A program made the translations under genes and the position numbers. The notes under the pieces were generated by a model. The model was not told the DNA's origin. It worked only from the letters and a program-made list of their open reading frames with translations, and did not search any database. A DNA stretch of 64,000 nt from Octopus sinensis (lineage: Eukaryota), in NCBI RefSeq assembly GCF_006345805.1, contig NC_042999.1:113398001-113462000 (forward strand), given 5' to 3'. Positions 51,340 through 62,699 of the stretch are shown in pieces (positions within the stretch are counted from its first letter, which is position 1; each line of letters begins with the position of its first letter).

Positions 51340-52445
51340 TTGGATATAAGGTCAACAATTTCGAGCGATGTGGAAGTCATTTACATCGACTCCAGTGTTC
51401 AACTTGTATTTATTTTATTAATCCCGAAAAGATAAAAAACACAAAGTCAACGTCTGCAGTACTTGAACTCGGAACGTAAAGAGCCGGAAAAATACTGCTA
51501 AACATTTAGTCTGACTTGTTAGGGATTTAGCCATTTTGCCAGCTCGCCGCCACATAGAAACTGCCTTAATAATAATTGCTTCAAATTTTGACAAAAGGCC
51601 AGTAATTTTAAGGGGAGAGACTAAGTCGATGTAATCGACCCCAGTGCTCAACTGGTACTTATTTCATCGATCCTGAAAGGGTGGAAGGCAAAGTCAATCT
51701 CAGCGGAACTTGAACTCAGAACGTAAAACCGAAAGAAATGCCGCTAAGCATTTTTCCGGCGTGTTAACTATTCTGCCTGCTTGCTGCCTCAGGTCTAGCC
51801 TTAATAATCCTTTCTTCTACAGGAAAAAGGCTTGAAAATTTAGGGGAGGATGATTGTCGATTACATCTTCACCAGTGCGCCATTGGTACTTATTTCATCT
51901 GACCAGCAAAATTTGAACTCAGAACGTGAAGCCGGAAGAAGTGCTGGTAAGCATTTTATCCAAAATGCGAACCGTTCTGCCAGCTTGCTGCCTTGTCCTA
52001 CCTTATTAATAATTTCAAATTTTGCCACAAGGCCTGAAATTTTGGGAGAGGGGGGCAACTTGATTACATTGACCCTACTATTCAACTGGTACTCATTTCA
52101 TCGACGCCGAAAGGATGAAAGGCAAAGTCGACCTCGGTGGAATTTGAACTCAGAACGTAGCGACTGGCGAAATACCGCTAAGCATTTCGTCCAGTGTGTT
52201 AGCGATTCTGCTAGCTCACTGCCTTAGTGATTTCAAATTTTTCCACTAGGGCAGCAATTTTGGGGGAAGGGATGAGTCGTTTAAATTAACCCCAGTGTTC
52301 AACTGGTACTTATTTTATCGACCCCGAAAGAATGAAAGGTAAAGTCGACCTCGTCAGAATTTGAACTCAGAACGTATCGACGGGCGAAACAGCACCAAGC
52401 GTTTCGTCCAGCGTACTAACGATTACGCCAGCTCCCCGCCTTGTC
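51340..52445 (-). mobile_element. Array of five head-to-tail Meta-like SINEs
   Basis: Five diverged copies about 210-230 bp apart, separated by short CCTTAATAAT-like linkers. Confidence 0.85.
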
Positions 52446-53431
52446 CTACTTAATTAATAATGACAAATGTAATAATACTTCACAATTGATATTTCACAAT
52501 ATTCAATTCTGCTTATTACTATTTCATTTTACATCATGAACATTTTCGTTGCATCCCGGCAACCACCTGAAATGAGATCTTTATATTCAACTGATTATTG
52601 TTATTTATATTCTTTACAAAAAGAGTTTGTTGTCAATCGTTTGTTGCTAAACATTACCCAAACATTTTGCTATGAGTGAATAAATATATATATATGTAAA
52701 ATTGCTCATGACACACCTTTACGTACCCTAGAATTTCATCAGCGTTGACAAGGCAAGTTAAGTGTGTTGTGTTGTATGCACATACACATACACCCACACA
52801 CGAGTATGTAAGTAGGTAGGTAGGTACTGGGATACATTGCTAAGTAGGATATAAGTATGTATACACGTGTATGTCTATGTATTTGAAAAGGTATGCACCG
52901 GGTAGGATTGGGTAATCTATGTGTGCGTTTTGTGTATGTATGTATGTATGTATGTATGTATGTATCTCTATATGCATGTATGTACATGTAATACATGCAT
53001 ATATGCACGTATGCGTGTGAATGTGTGTGTGGGTGGGGGTGCATGTGCGCGTATGTGTGTGGGTGGGGGGGTTTGTGTAACATTTAACGAACACTACCAC
53101 GCCTCAGAATAACCCTCATTGGCTGATAATGTTTACTTAAGCAGATTTCTGACTGTGTTTTACCTATCACTATTCTATTTACTGTAATATAGTCGATGTG
53201 TGTCTTGTTTATATTGGATAATGTAATTTTTTTTTATTATTGTTACGATATATTGTAGATTGTGTTTTCTCTTTCCATTATGTTAAAGCAGTAATAACTT
53301 CGAAAGTAAAAGAAAAATATAACTATACGTTATGAAAGACTTTATATGGGAGATATATCGTTTTTTTTTTTTACTTCTTCGTATTCTGTTAACATGTATA
53401 CGTATATGTGTATGCGTAAGTGACTGTGTTT

Positions 53432-53750
<319 letters not shown>

Positions 53751-54045
53751 GGGGGAGGAGAGATAAGTCATGTCTTTATATGACATCTAGGTAGATCATC
53801 CTCAGAGGCTAATTGGTTTGTGCGGTGAGGCAATTCATTTTTAAAGGTTTCAAATATGGTACTTTATCCTACCTTATATCGGTGGGTGTTCATGTGTGTG
53901 TGTGTGTATGTGTGTGTATTCGTGTGTGTGAGTGTGAGTGTGCGTATGTATGTATATATACATACACACATACATACGTACATAGATATATATATATATA
54001 TGTGTGTGCGCGCACAGGTTTTTTGTGTATGTGTGTATGTTTGAA

Positions 54046-54121
<76 letters not shown>

Positions 54122-55381
54122 TATACATACACACACACTTATACACATGCACACACACACACATACACACATAGATATACATGTGTGTGTGTGTGTGTGC
54201 GTGAGAGAAAGAGAGAGTTACAGTAAAGACAATATACCAAATAATGAAATAAGTGAACGGACAAACAAGCAAAAAAATAGATTTGAACAAAATAAGTAAA
54301 TAAGTTTTATTTGTTTTTACCGCTTTCTATGTTTTCGATGTTCTCTGGGAATTTTTGGTCTTGATAATTTGATTAAGTTCAAAAAAGCAAAAAATACTAA
54401 AAAAAAAAGCAAAAAATCCATTGCTTCATATTTACAATGTTAGTTTCTTCAGCCTTTTTTCTGTTTGTCCTTTCGAGGTGGCTGTTTCGTTTTTCTTATC
54501 TTTTACTTCAATCTTAAAATTTTTGCATTTTTTTCAACATGGTCTCAATTTGTTAAACTACTTAACCCATAACAGTCCAACAGTCCTTTCCAAATTCTTC
54601 TAACTAGGTTTACTAAAAAGGAATCCTTCTCGTTTCGTAACTTCATTCAAATTTCATCCTACGATTTTTGTGGGGAAAAAAGTGCAAGGGCATTTTCGAT
54701 TCTAAAAACACTAAAAATTGACTGGTCACAACAGAATGCTTTCGATAAGGTCTATCGGGGACTAAATAATAATAGCAACCTGTCTTTATTTGCAAAGGTG
54801 AGATAGAAGGCTATTCGAAACGGCAACATTGAGATGCCAAGTGTTTCGTTTGCTCGCATGATTAATTTCGGATCCTTTTGTAAACTTTCGTCTTGATAAT
54901 AACGCTTACGACGTGCCTTCACCGTTCATTTCTAAAGGCACACTTTATTCGCGCGCGCGTGTGCTAAGATATTGTATCAGATTGCTTCCTACCATTTTAT
55001 TCAAAAATTTCAATTGCTTGAGTTTTCTATATAATTCTCCAATTACTATCGAACAGTATTCCTGTAGAAAATTAAACTTGTATAACGAGCTGAAATTTGG
55101 TCAACGAACAACGAGCAGTTGTGCGGATTTTTACCTTTTGACCGGCAGATTTAGAAAATAATTTTTTGTAACTAAACACTTTCAAACTTCGTATACTGGT
55201 AGAATGTGTCATATAAAACATATTTTACTCTTAGCGTTTTTTAGGAAAGTTTATGTTTACGAAGTTATTTCGTGTTAAAGTTCTCCCGATTGTGCACGCA
55301 TATAAATTAGTGAGAATTCATTTTCTTAGCGAGTTCAAGTTAAACAACAAACTAGACTACGTATGCGTATAAGTTACTGGC

Positions 55382-55768
55382 GTGGGGGCGCAATGGCCCA
55401 CTGGTTAGGGCAGTGGACTCGCAGTCTTAGGATCGCGGTTTCGATTCCCAGACTGGGCGTTGTGAGTGTTTATTGAGCGAAAACACCTAAAAGCTCCACG
55501 AGGCTCCGGCAGGGGATGGTGGTGATCCCTGCTGTACTCTTTCACCACAACTTTCTCTCACTCTTACTTCCTGTTTCTGTTGTACCTGTATTTCAAGGGG
55601 CCGGCCTTGTCACTCTCTGTGTCACGCTGAATATCCCCGAGAACTACGTTAAGGGTGCACGTGTCTGTGGAGTGCTCAGCCACTTACACGTTAATTTCAC
55701 GAGCAGGCTGTTCCGTTGATCCGGATCAACCGGAACCCTCATCGTCGTAACCGACGGAGTGCTTCCAC
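55382..55768 (+). mobile_element. Intact chimeric SINE (V-SINE-type head with a CORE-SINE-type tail) and 13-bp TSD
   Basis: TSD ATAAGTTACTGGC at 55369-55381 and 55769-55781. Head about 90% identical to 60195-60298. Tail matches 2976-3150. Confidence 0.9.
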
Positions 55769-56184
55769 ATAAGTTACTGGCAGCCCGTTCGCTTGGCGAG
55801 CTGAAATTCGAACAACAAACCACGAGTAGGTACTGCATGCGTATAAGTGCTGGGGGAGCATATACGAACGATACGCTAGTTCTTCTAAAGAAAATTAAGT
55901 CAGCCAATGAACTGAAATTTGAACAAGCTACGAGCAGAGCGTGTACAAACGGTTTGTTAACGCGCCTGAACGTATTTAATGTAGCATGCAATTTTCCATA
56001 TTTTAAATAGAAAATAATTTCTGATAATCTTTTTTTTTTCTGCAAAACTTACGGCCATAGATTAACAGAAGCAAATCAAAAGGGAAAACGCACGAACGCA
56101 CGCGCACACACACATACACACACGCACACACACAACTATTATCTGCCACTCTATATTTTTCTTTTAATTTTTCTTTTATTTGTT

Positions 56185-56565
56185 TCACTGATTTGACTGT
56201 GGCCATGCTGGAGTACCGCCGTAGTCGAACAAATCTACCCCAGGACTTACTTTTTGTAAGCCTAGTACTTATCCTATCAGTGTCTTTTGCTGAACCGGTA
56301 AGTTACGCGGAGGTAAACACACTAACATCGGTTGTCAAGCGATGGTGGGGGGACAAACAAAGATACCCAAATACACACACACACACACACATACACATAT
56401 ATATATATATACGACGGGCTTCTTTCAGTTTCTGTCTACCAAATCCATTCACAAGGCTTTGGTCAACCCAAGGCTATAGTAGAAGACACTTGCCCAAGGT
56501 GCCACGCAGTGGGGACTGAACTCAGAACCATGGGGTTGGTAAGCAAGCTACTTACCACACAGCCA
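56185..56565 (-). mobile_element. Full-length CORE-type SINE
   Basis: Reverse complement of the 1977-2348 family. Confidence 0.85.
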
Positions 56566-56637
56566 ACACACACACGCGCATTATGTAAATACGCATACAC
56601 ACAACCATACATATAAACGTGTATGTGTGTGTGTGTG

Positions 56638-56674
<37 letters not shown>

Positions 56675-57313
56675 CGCACCTGTGCGTATGTGGCTCGAAT
56701 ACACTGAGTTTCTAGCTGACTTACATGAGAGAGAAAAATCTTCGAAAGATATACGCATATTACAGGTATAAGATTTCTACCTTTCATTTCAGCGTGAATC
56801 TACTATATCAACTTATTCGTTTGTCTGCACAATTTTTACGCTGTCACTAAGGATTTTTGTTGTTGTTGTTGTTTTTAACAAGCCGACGAGAAACTCAGAT
56901 ATAGTTTTCTTTGGATTACCTTTATTCGTTTATTATATGCCTCCAATGTATGTTTGTATGTACGTACGTATGTTTGTATGTATGTATGTATGTATGTATG
57001 TATGTATGGATGGATGGATGGTTGGATGGATGGATGTACATGTATGTATGTATATATGTATTTATGTATGTATGTATGTATGTATGTGTGTATATATATA
57101 TATATATAAAATAAGAAAATGGATGAATAGATTCCTTATGTATTATGAATTTAAGGTAAAACATTTTACCTTCGTCCATATAATACAATAAATGAACTAA
57201 TTGCATTGCAATTGTAAGCATTCATTTGGGTACTTCACTGGCAGTATATTGGATAAATGATATCCCATAGTGGGTTACACTCATAACCCCTATCTCACTT
57301 TGTACTGTATATA

Positions 57314-57392
<79 letters not shown>

Positions 57393-57594
57393 TCTTATAC
57401 TAGGATGTTGTTGACAGTGACTTCGAAGTTTCAGCCAGCTAAGCCATCATCCAACGATGGCTTAGATGGCCGAAACTTCGACGTTACTGTCAACAACATT
57501 CTTGTGTAAGACTAATAGACTTGTGCTGTATAGAATTATAGAGTAACCTATCAGATTAATGTAAAGTTGTCTATATTGTAACTGAACAGAAAAA

Positions 57595-58763
57595 CAACCA
57601 TGTACCCGACGTTTTTTTTTTTTAATTTTGGAATTTATTGCGTTTATAAATTTTGGAATCTAATTTTTCGAGAATTCTATTTTTGAATCATTTTGGAATC
57701 TTTTTTTTTTTTTCTAGTTAATTTTAGTTAATTTTTGTTTATTTTCAGATCATTATTTTGTTTATTTTCAGCTGCTCGCGACATTTGTGCTGTGTATGGA
57801 GAGGGTGCCATAGCTGAAAGAACCGCTCGTGATTGGTATGCCAAGTTCAAAAATGGAAATTTTGATCTCAAAGATGCACCTCGTTCTGGCCATCCAGTTG
57901 AGTTCGATGAAGAGCGATTAAACCAACTTTTGCACGAAAATTCTCGTCAAACGATAAGGGAACTGGCAGAGAAAATGGAATGCTCCCACACTGCTATAGA
58001 AAAGCATCTTCACTCGATGGGAAAGGTTCAGAAGTATGGAGCATGAGTTCCACATGTTTTAAGTGACAACAGCAAACTCAACGCACCACAATTTCCGCTG
58101 GTTTGCTTGCTCGCCACCGCTCAACTCATGGACACAAGCAATGATTTCTTTACTGAATCGTTACTAGCGACAAAAAATGGCGCCTGTGCATCAATATGAA
58201 GCAGCGTAAGGAAACAACCGATAACGCGCATGAAACAAGATCTTCATCCACGTAAAACGATGCTGTGCGTATGGTGGGACTGGGAAGGGATTATCCATTA
58301 CGAATTGCTTGGACGGAACCAAACGTCAACGTTCAACAGATGGAACAACTCAGCACGGCTATTCAAAAGAAAAGACCTAATCGGCAGCATGGAGTTCTTC
58401 TGCTGCACGACAACGCCCACCCTCATATCTCCAATGTGACCGAGGAAGCCATTCAAACGCATGACTGAGAAGTGCTGCCACACTCGCCGTACTCTCCTGA
58501 TTTGGCACCAACGGATTTTCACCTCTTTCGATCTCTTTCAAAGGCTATGCGCGGAGTTTCGTTCAGTACTGATGCAGAATTGAGAGCTTGGTTGTATCAA
58601 TTTTTCGAGTCGAAATCGGGTGATTTCTACCAACGAGATATTGAAAATCTTGTTGAACGTTGGGAAGAAGTTGTAAACAACAAGGGTGAATAGATTATTG
58701 ATTGATTAGTTATTTTTTTATTAAACCTTTTAAAAAACGGCGGGAACTTATTTGCCAACCCAA
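57595..58763 (+). mobile_element. Mariner-family transposon (D,D34D type), decayed transposase at about 57735-58693
   Basis: WYAKFKNGNFDLKDAPRSG, a disrupted WVPH motif, KTMLCVWWD, HDNAHPH and YSPDLAPTDFHLFRSL. Right TIR ends GGAACTTATTTGCCAACCCAA|TA. Left TIR degenerate. Confidence 0.92.
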
Positions 58764-58785
58764 TATATATATATATATATATATA

Positions 58786-59289
58786 CTAGCAGTATCGCCC
58801 GGCGTTGCTCGTGTTTGTAAGGGAAATAACTATATAAGCATTTTTAGAGAGTTATAGCAAAAAAATGCATTAAAAATGGAATTAAAAAAATGATGATAAT
58901 TTTTTTTTAAATCGTTGACTCAGTGTCTTCAAGTCGTTGTTCTAAAAGAACGCTGGTCTCCTTGACAACGCTTTACGACGTTGATTTCCTTATGCTCCCT
59001 TCCCCACAGCTTCACGAGGGAGGGGAGAAGCAAACACAGGTGCAGGTATTTGAGCGTGGACGCCAACTCCGCCGCCATCGACACACGAAACATTATGCAT
59101 TAAAATGGAATAAAAAATGATGTTAAATTATTTTTAAAATCGTAGACTCATTGTAGACGCGCGCTAATAGCCAGACGGGCTCGATATTAATCACGACTAT
59201 AAGATACCCGAATTTGGTTAAACTGCACCGCAAAATGTGGGAGGAGTTAGGAATCTAAATCGAAGGGGACAGACACTCACACAACTACA

Positions 59290-59300
<11 letters not shown>
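58786..59300 (-). mobile_element. Non-autonomous Helitron-like element within (TA)n
   Basis: Minus-strand 3' end GAGCAACGCCGGGCGATACTG-CTAG (GC-rich subterminal hairpin remnant plus CTAG). No TSD. 5' end GTGTCTGTCC resembles Lep1-type Helitrons. Confidence 0.7.
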
Positions 59301-59333
<33 letters not shown>

Positions 59334-59334
59334 C

Positions 59335-59815
59335 ATCAAATTTATATTCGCTTTTCCTTGCTTGCATGGGTTGGATCAGTATTTTCCAACACAAATCTTA
59401 CCATTTGTTACGTTTTTTTGTAATCTCTTGTATGGGGGATTATCATTCTGAATTCAGGTTTTACTATTTCTGCTTGTATCTTACTCAACCTTCCTCTTTC
59501 ACAGTTTCATTCCACCTGGATATCCAAGCATATTTTTACTCATGTATTATTACCCATGTGCACCACATATCCGTATCAACGTAAACTTTCTTCCTGCACA
59601 TTACAAGACACTCCTCTTATACCCAGTTTATCCCTCCATCTATCTGTGCTTCGTCATTCATGGACACTGATGATACACATCAAGTAGACAATGTTTGACT
59701 TCATTTCTCTCCACCTTCTCACATCCTCCATGTACAGTAATCACGTCTCACTACCATGCAGCGTCACACTTTGTACACAAGCAACATACAAACTGCTACT
59801 CACTCCGAGAGAGAA
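59335..59815 (-). mobile_element. RTE-clade LINE 3' end, decayed
   Basis: Minus strand ACVQSVTLHGSET..DKLGIRG..VQEESLR*YGYV..ERGR, typical of the RTE post-RT region. Confidence 0.8.
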
Positions 59816-60034
59816 TCCCTTGTTTCTGGAAAAGATAATATCTCGCTGAATTTTTTTTACCGTATCCTTATTCTGATTACCATGATTCCAGAGCTTCTTT
59901 CACTAATGATTAGGTCCCCCAGGTAACAGAAGCAATCACCTACGTCTACTGGATCCTCCAAGCATTGAAAATGAACTATTTTTGTAGTACCCTTAATGCT
60001 AACTACTCCTACTCATCAGTCACATACAAAGTCT

Positions 60035-60298
60035 ATTTTTTTTCGCCCTTTTCAAGCCTAGCCAGGCTCATGGACCCAGTTTCCCGGTTTCTGTGGCGTA
60101 TGTGTCCCCCCCCCCCAGCTGGACGGGACGCCAGTCCATCGCAACGTTACTCAAGAAACAGGAAGAGAGAGTGCCGGAGCATCGTGGAGCATCGTGTTTC
60201 CGCTCAATAAACACATACAACGCCCGGTCTGGAAATCGAAACCGCGATCCTCCGACCGCGAGTCCGCTGCCCTAACCACTGGGCCATTGCGCCTCCAC
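60035..60298 (-). mobile_element. Intact V-type SINE with 9-bp TSD
   Basis: tRNA-like head, V-like GCGATGGACTGGCGTCCCGTCCAG and an A tail. TSD ACAAAGTCT at 60026-60034 and 60299-60307. Confidence 0.88.
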
Positions 60299-60307
60299 AC
60301 AAAGTCT

Positions 60308-60870
60308 TTACTTGCAGTAAATTGCAATATAAGTAGTGAGCTAAAATATTTGCTAGATTATAACAGTATTTGTATACAAATTACTGTTCTGTAGCTTTAA
60401 GCTTCAAGTCTATAAAAACTTTGCTAAAATTTACTTTTCAAATTCATCCAGTAAGCGGAACAGTGAAAATAAACAAGATTCAAAACATAACTCGAAATTT
60501 AATATGTAAATTCCAGTAATGGGACTTCTATTCTTTTTAGAAACCAGTCTTTTCTCTATATGACAAATGCAAAGTGTTAAAAATGAAAGATAATTTTCAT
60601 ACATTCATGCATACATGGTGGCTGTCGTCTCATTAGAAACGTATGACCTTCGCTGACAAAGTATCTTATCCTAGATGTTAAAAGACAATGGTTGTCAGTG
60701 ATGCCCATGCTCGCACAACGCCGTTAAGACTCTCGTTTTCAAAGCCAAGTAGTTCAGAAGGAAACAAGAGCAATATATTCGGCTTCACAATGAGGTGGAT
60801 GTGTTTTTTCGGAATTTCCTTCTCCAAGACATTTGCTTCAAAAGAAGCTTGGATATAACACTCCTACTGG
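60308..60870 (+). repeat. 3' segment of the (CATA)n group plus the conserved downstream block, second copy
   Basis: TTAGAAACC..CATACATTCATGCATACATGG(T)GGCTGTC.., aligns with 14125-14500. Confidence 0.65.
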
Positions 60871-61381
60871 CTCATCACGCGCCGGGGCGTTACATCCGGT
60901 TTTTCTATGTCCTCGCGCATACATACGTACACTTTGCATTTGTCATATATGCATGCATGCATGCATAAATACATACACATGCAGCCGAATCATATGGAAA
61001 CTCTAAGCGTCGTGTTATATGCGTAGGTAGTCACATTGTCACTTCATTGCAGACTTGAAGCAACATAAGTGGGTTCAGACAAACATCTTGAGCTATGATA
61101 GGCTTGTAAATTGAAAAACAAAATATTTCTACAAAAACGCCTTCATGGATTCTTGTATGTTTGAAGTTTAACGCAACTAACACATCACAAAACACCAGAA
61201 AAGAATAAAAGAAAAATATTTTAATTAAAAGAAAATTACTTTGGAGAAACAGAATTTGAAACTTTAAATTATAAACAAAATCAGATAAAATAAAATTTTA
61301 AACCACAGTTGAAATGTTAAAACGTAATTCAACATATTATAAAGGCATCATGTTGAATAGAATTGGCGGAACACTCTAAAC

Positions 61382-61785
61382 CAGGCACGTACCGTCAGTA
61401 ATTACTCAGGGTAGGCAGTTGGTGACCTTTATATAGTAAAACACACACAAAAAATATAATAAGCGAAACACAAGCGCGCGACTGAGTTGAAGGTAGATTT
61501 ACTTCTGCCTTTATAGCGCGTAAAGAAAACGGTGTTACATCACGTGTACTACAGCAGTTCTATGCGTAGCTTAAATACTGAGATTGAAAGTCAGGGGCGA
61601 ATTATGCCTACCTAATCTACAAAAAAAAATTAAATATTTTGAATTTTATGCTGAGTAATCAGATTAACCTTCATAATTTTATTCAATTAGGTGTATATTT
61701 TGCCGTGAAAGGAAAATGTTGCAATCGGTCTATTTTATTCAAGGTAGGCACTGCCTACTTTGCCTACCTTGGCGGCACGTTCCTG
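61382..61785. mobile_element. hAT-type MITE
   Basis: Imperfect 17-bp TIR CAGG(C/A)ACGT(A/G)CCG(T/C)CA. Perfect 8-bp TSD CTCTAAAC at 61374-61381 and 61786-61793. Confidence 0.85.
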
Positions 61786-62239
61786 CTCTAAACCATAAAA
61801 ATTACTGTAAATTTTTACCATCATATGAACCATTTGAAAGCTGCTGTGAAGTCTACTGAGAAAGAAATTACAAGTTTAACAAGCAAGCCGAATGGATGTA
61901 TGAACAACAGCAGAGATATGCAAACATTTTGAACAATGGTAATATCTAATAAATGAGTCTGTACTGCAAAAAAAAGCTTCTAAAGAAACTATTAAACAGA
62001 AAATCGCTAAGCTCACCTATTATTAGTGTAGACATTTTATCGAAGGAATCTGATCGTAGTCTAATGTCAAGCGTACACCCAAATGACTATCAACTTAACA
62101 CTTTTCTCATTCCAAACATAGCCATACTGTTTGCTCAGGCCAAACCTCATCGACCAATGGTCTGTAAAGGAAATCAAGTACATGTTATACACCAAGTGCA
62201 TCAATCTGTTCGTATAGATATATTTTGCTACCAATAATA

Positions 62240-62462
62240 ACTTAGGGCAGTGAGCTGACAGAATCGTTTGCAGGCCGGGCGCAATGCTTAGCACTATCTC
62301 ATCTGCCGTTACGTTCTGAGTTCAAATTCTGCTGAGGCCCACTTTGCCTTTCATCCTTTCGAGATCGATTAAAAAAGTACCAGTTACACACTGGGGTCAA
62401 TGTAATCGACTTAATTTGTTTGTCCCCTCTATGTTTAGCCCCCTGTGGGCAATAAAGAAATA
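62240..62462 (+). mobile_element. Meta-like SINE with a Tx1-like tail
   Basis: Meta-like core followed by TTTGTCCCCTCTATGTTTAGCCCCCTGTGGGCAATAAAGAAAT. Confidence 0.85.
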
Positions 62463-62699
62463 AATAATATTGTAACTTAAAACTCGCAGGTTAAAAAGAC
62501 GTATAGAGTTGAAAAGAACAATAACATTTAAAAATCGTTCAAGACGAAGCAGTAGATGATTGCAGGATGTTGGTTGTAGTAGTTCGGTTGGACTATACGA
62601 AAGCATTTACTTTTATACCGCACGTATGAATTATCAAAACTTTCCAACTACCGTAAGTATAATACAATATCTTGTTTTTCGGGAGGTGATATATATATA

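Noticed and set aside
55382-55455. tRNA gene (and similar heads at 1977, 3210-3282, 30143 and 60225-60298)
   Set aside because: A and B boxes are present, but there is no proper acceptor stem and each continues into a SINE body.
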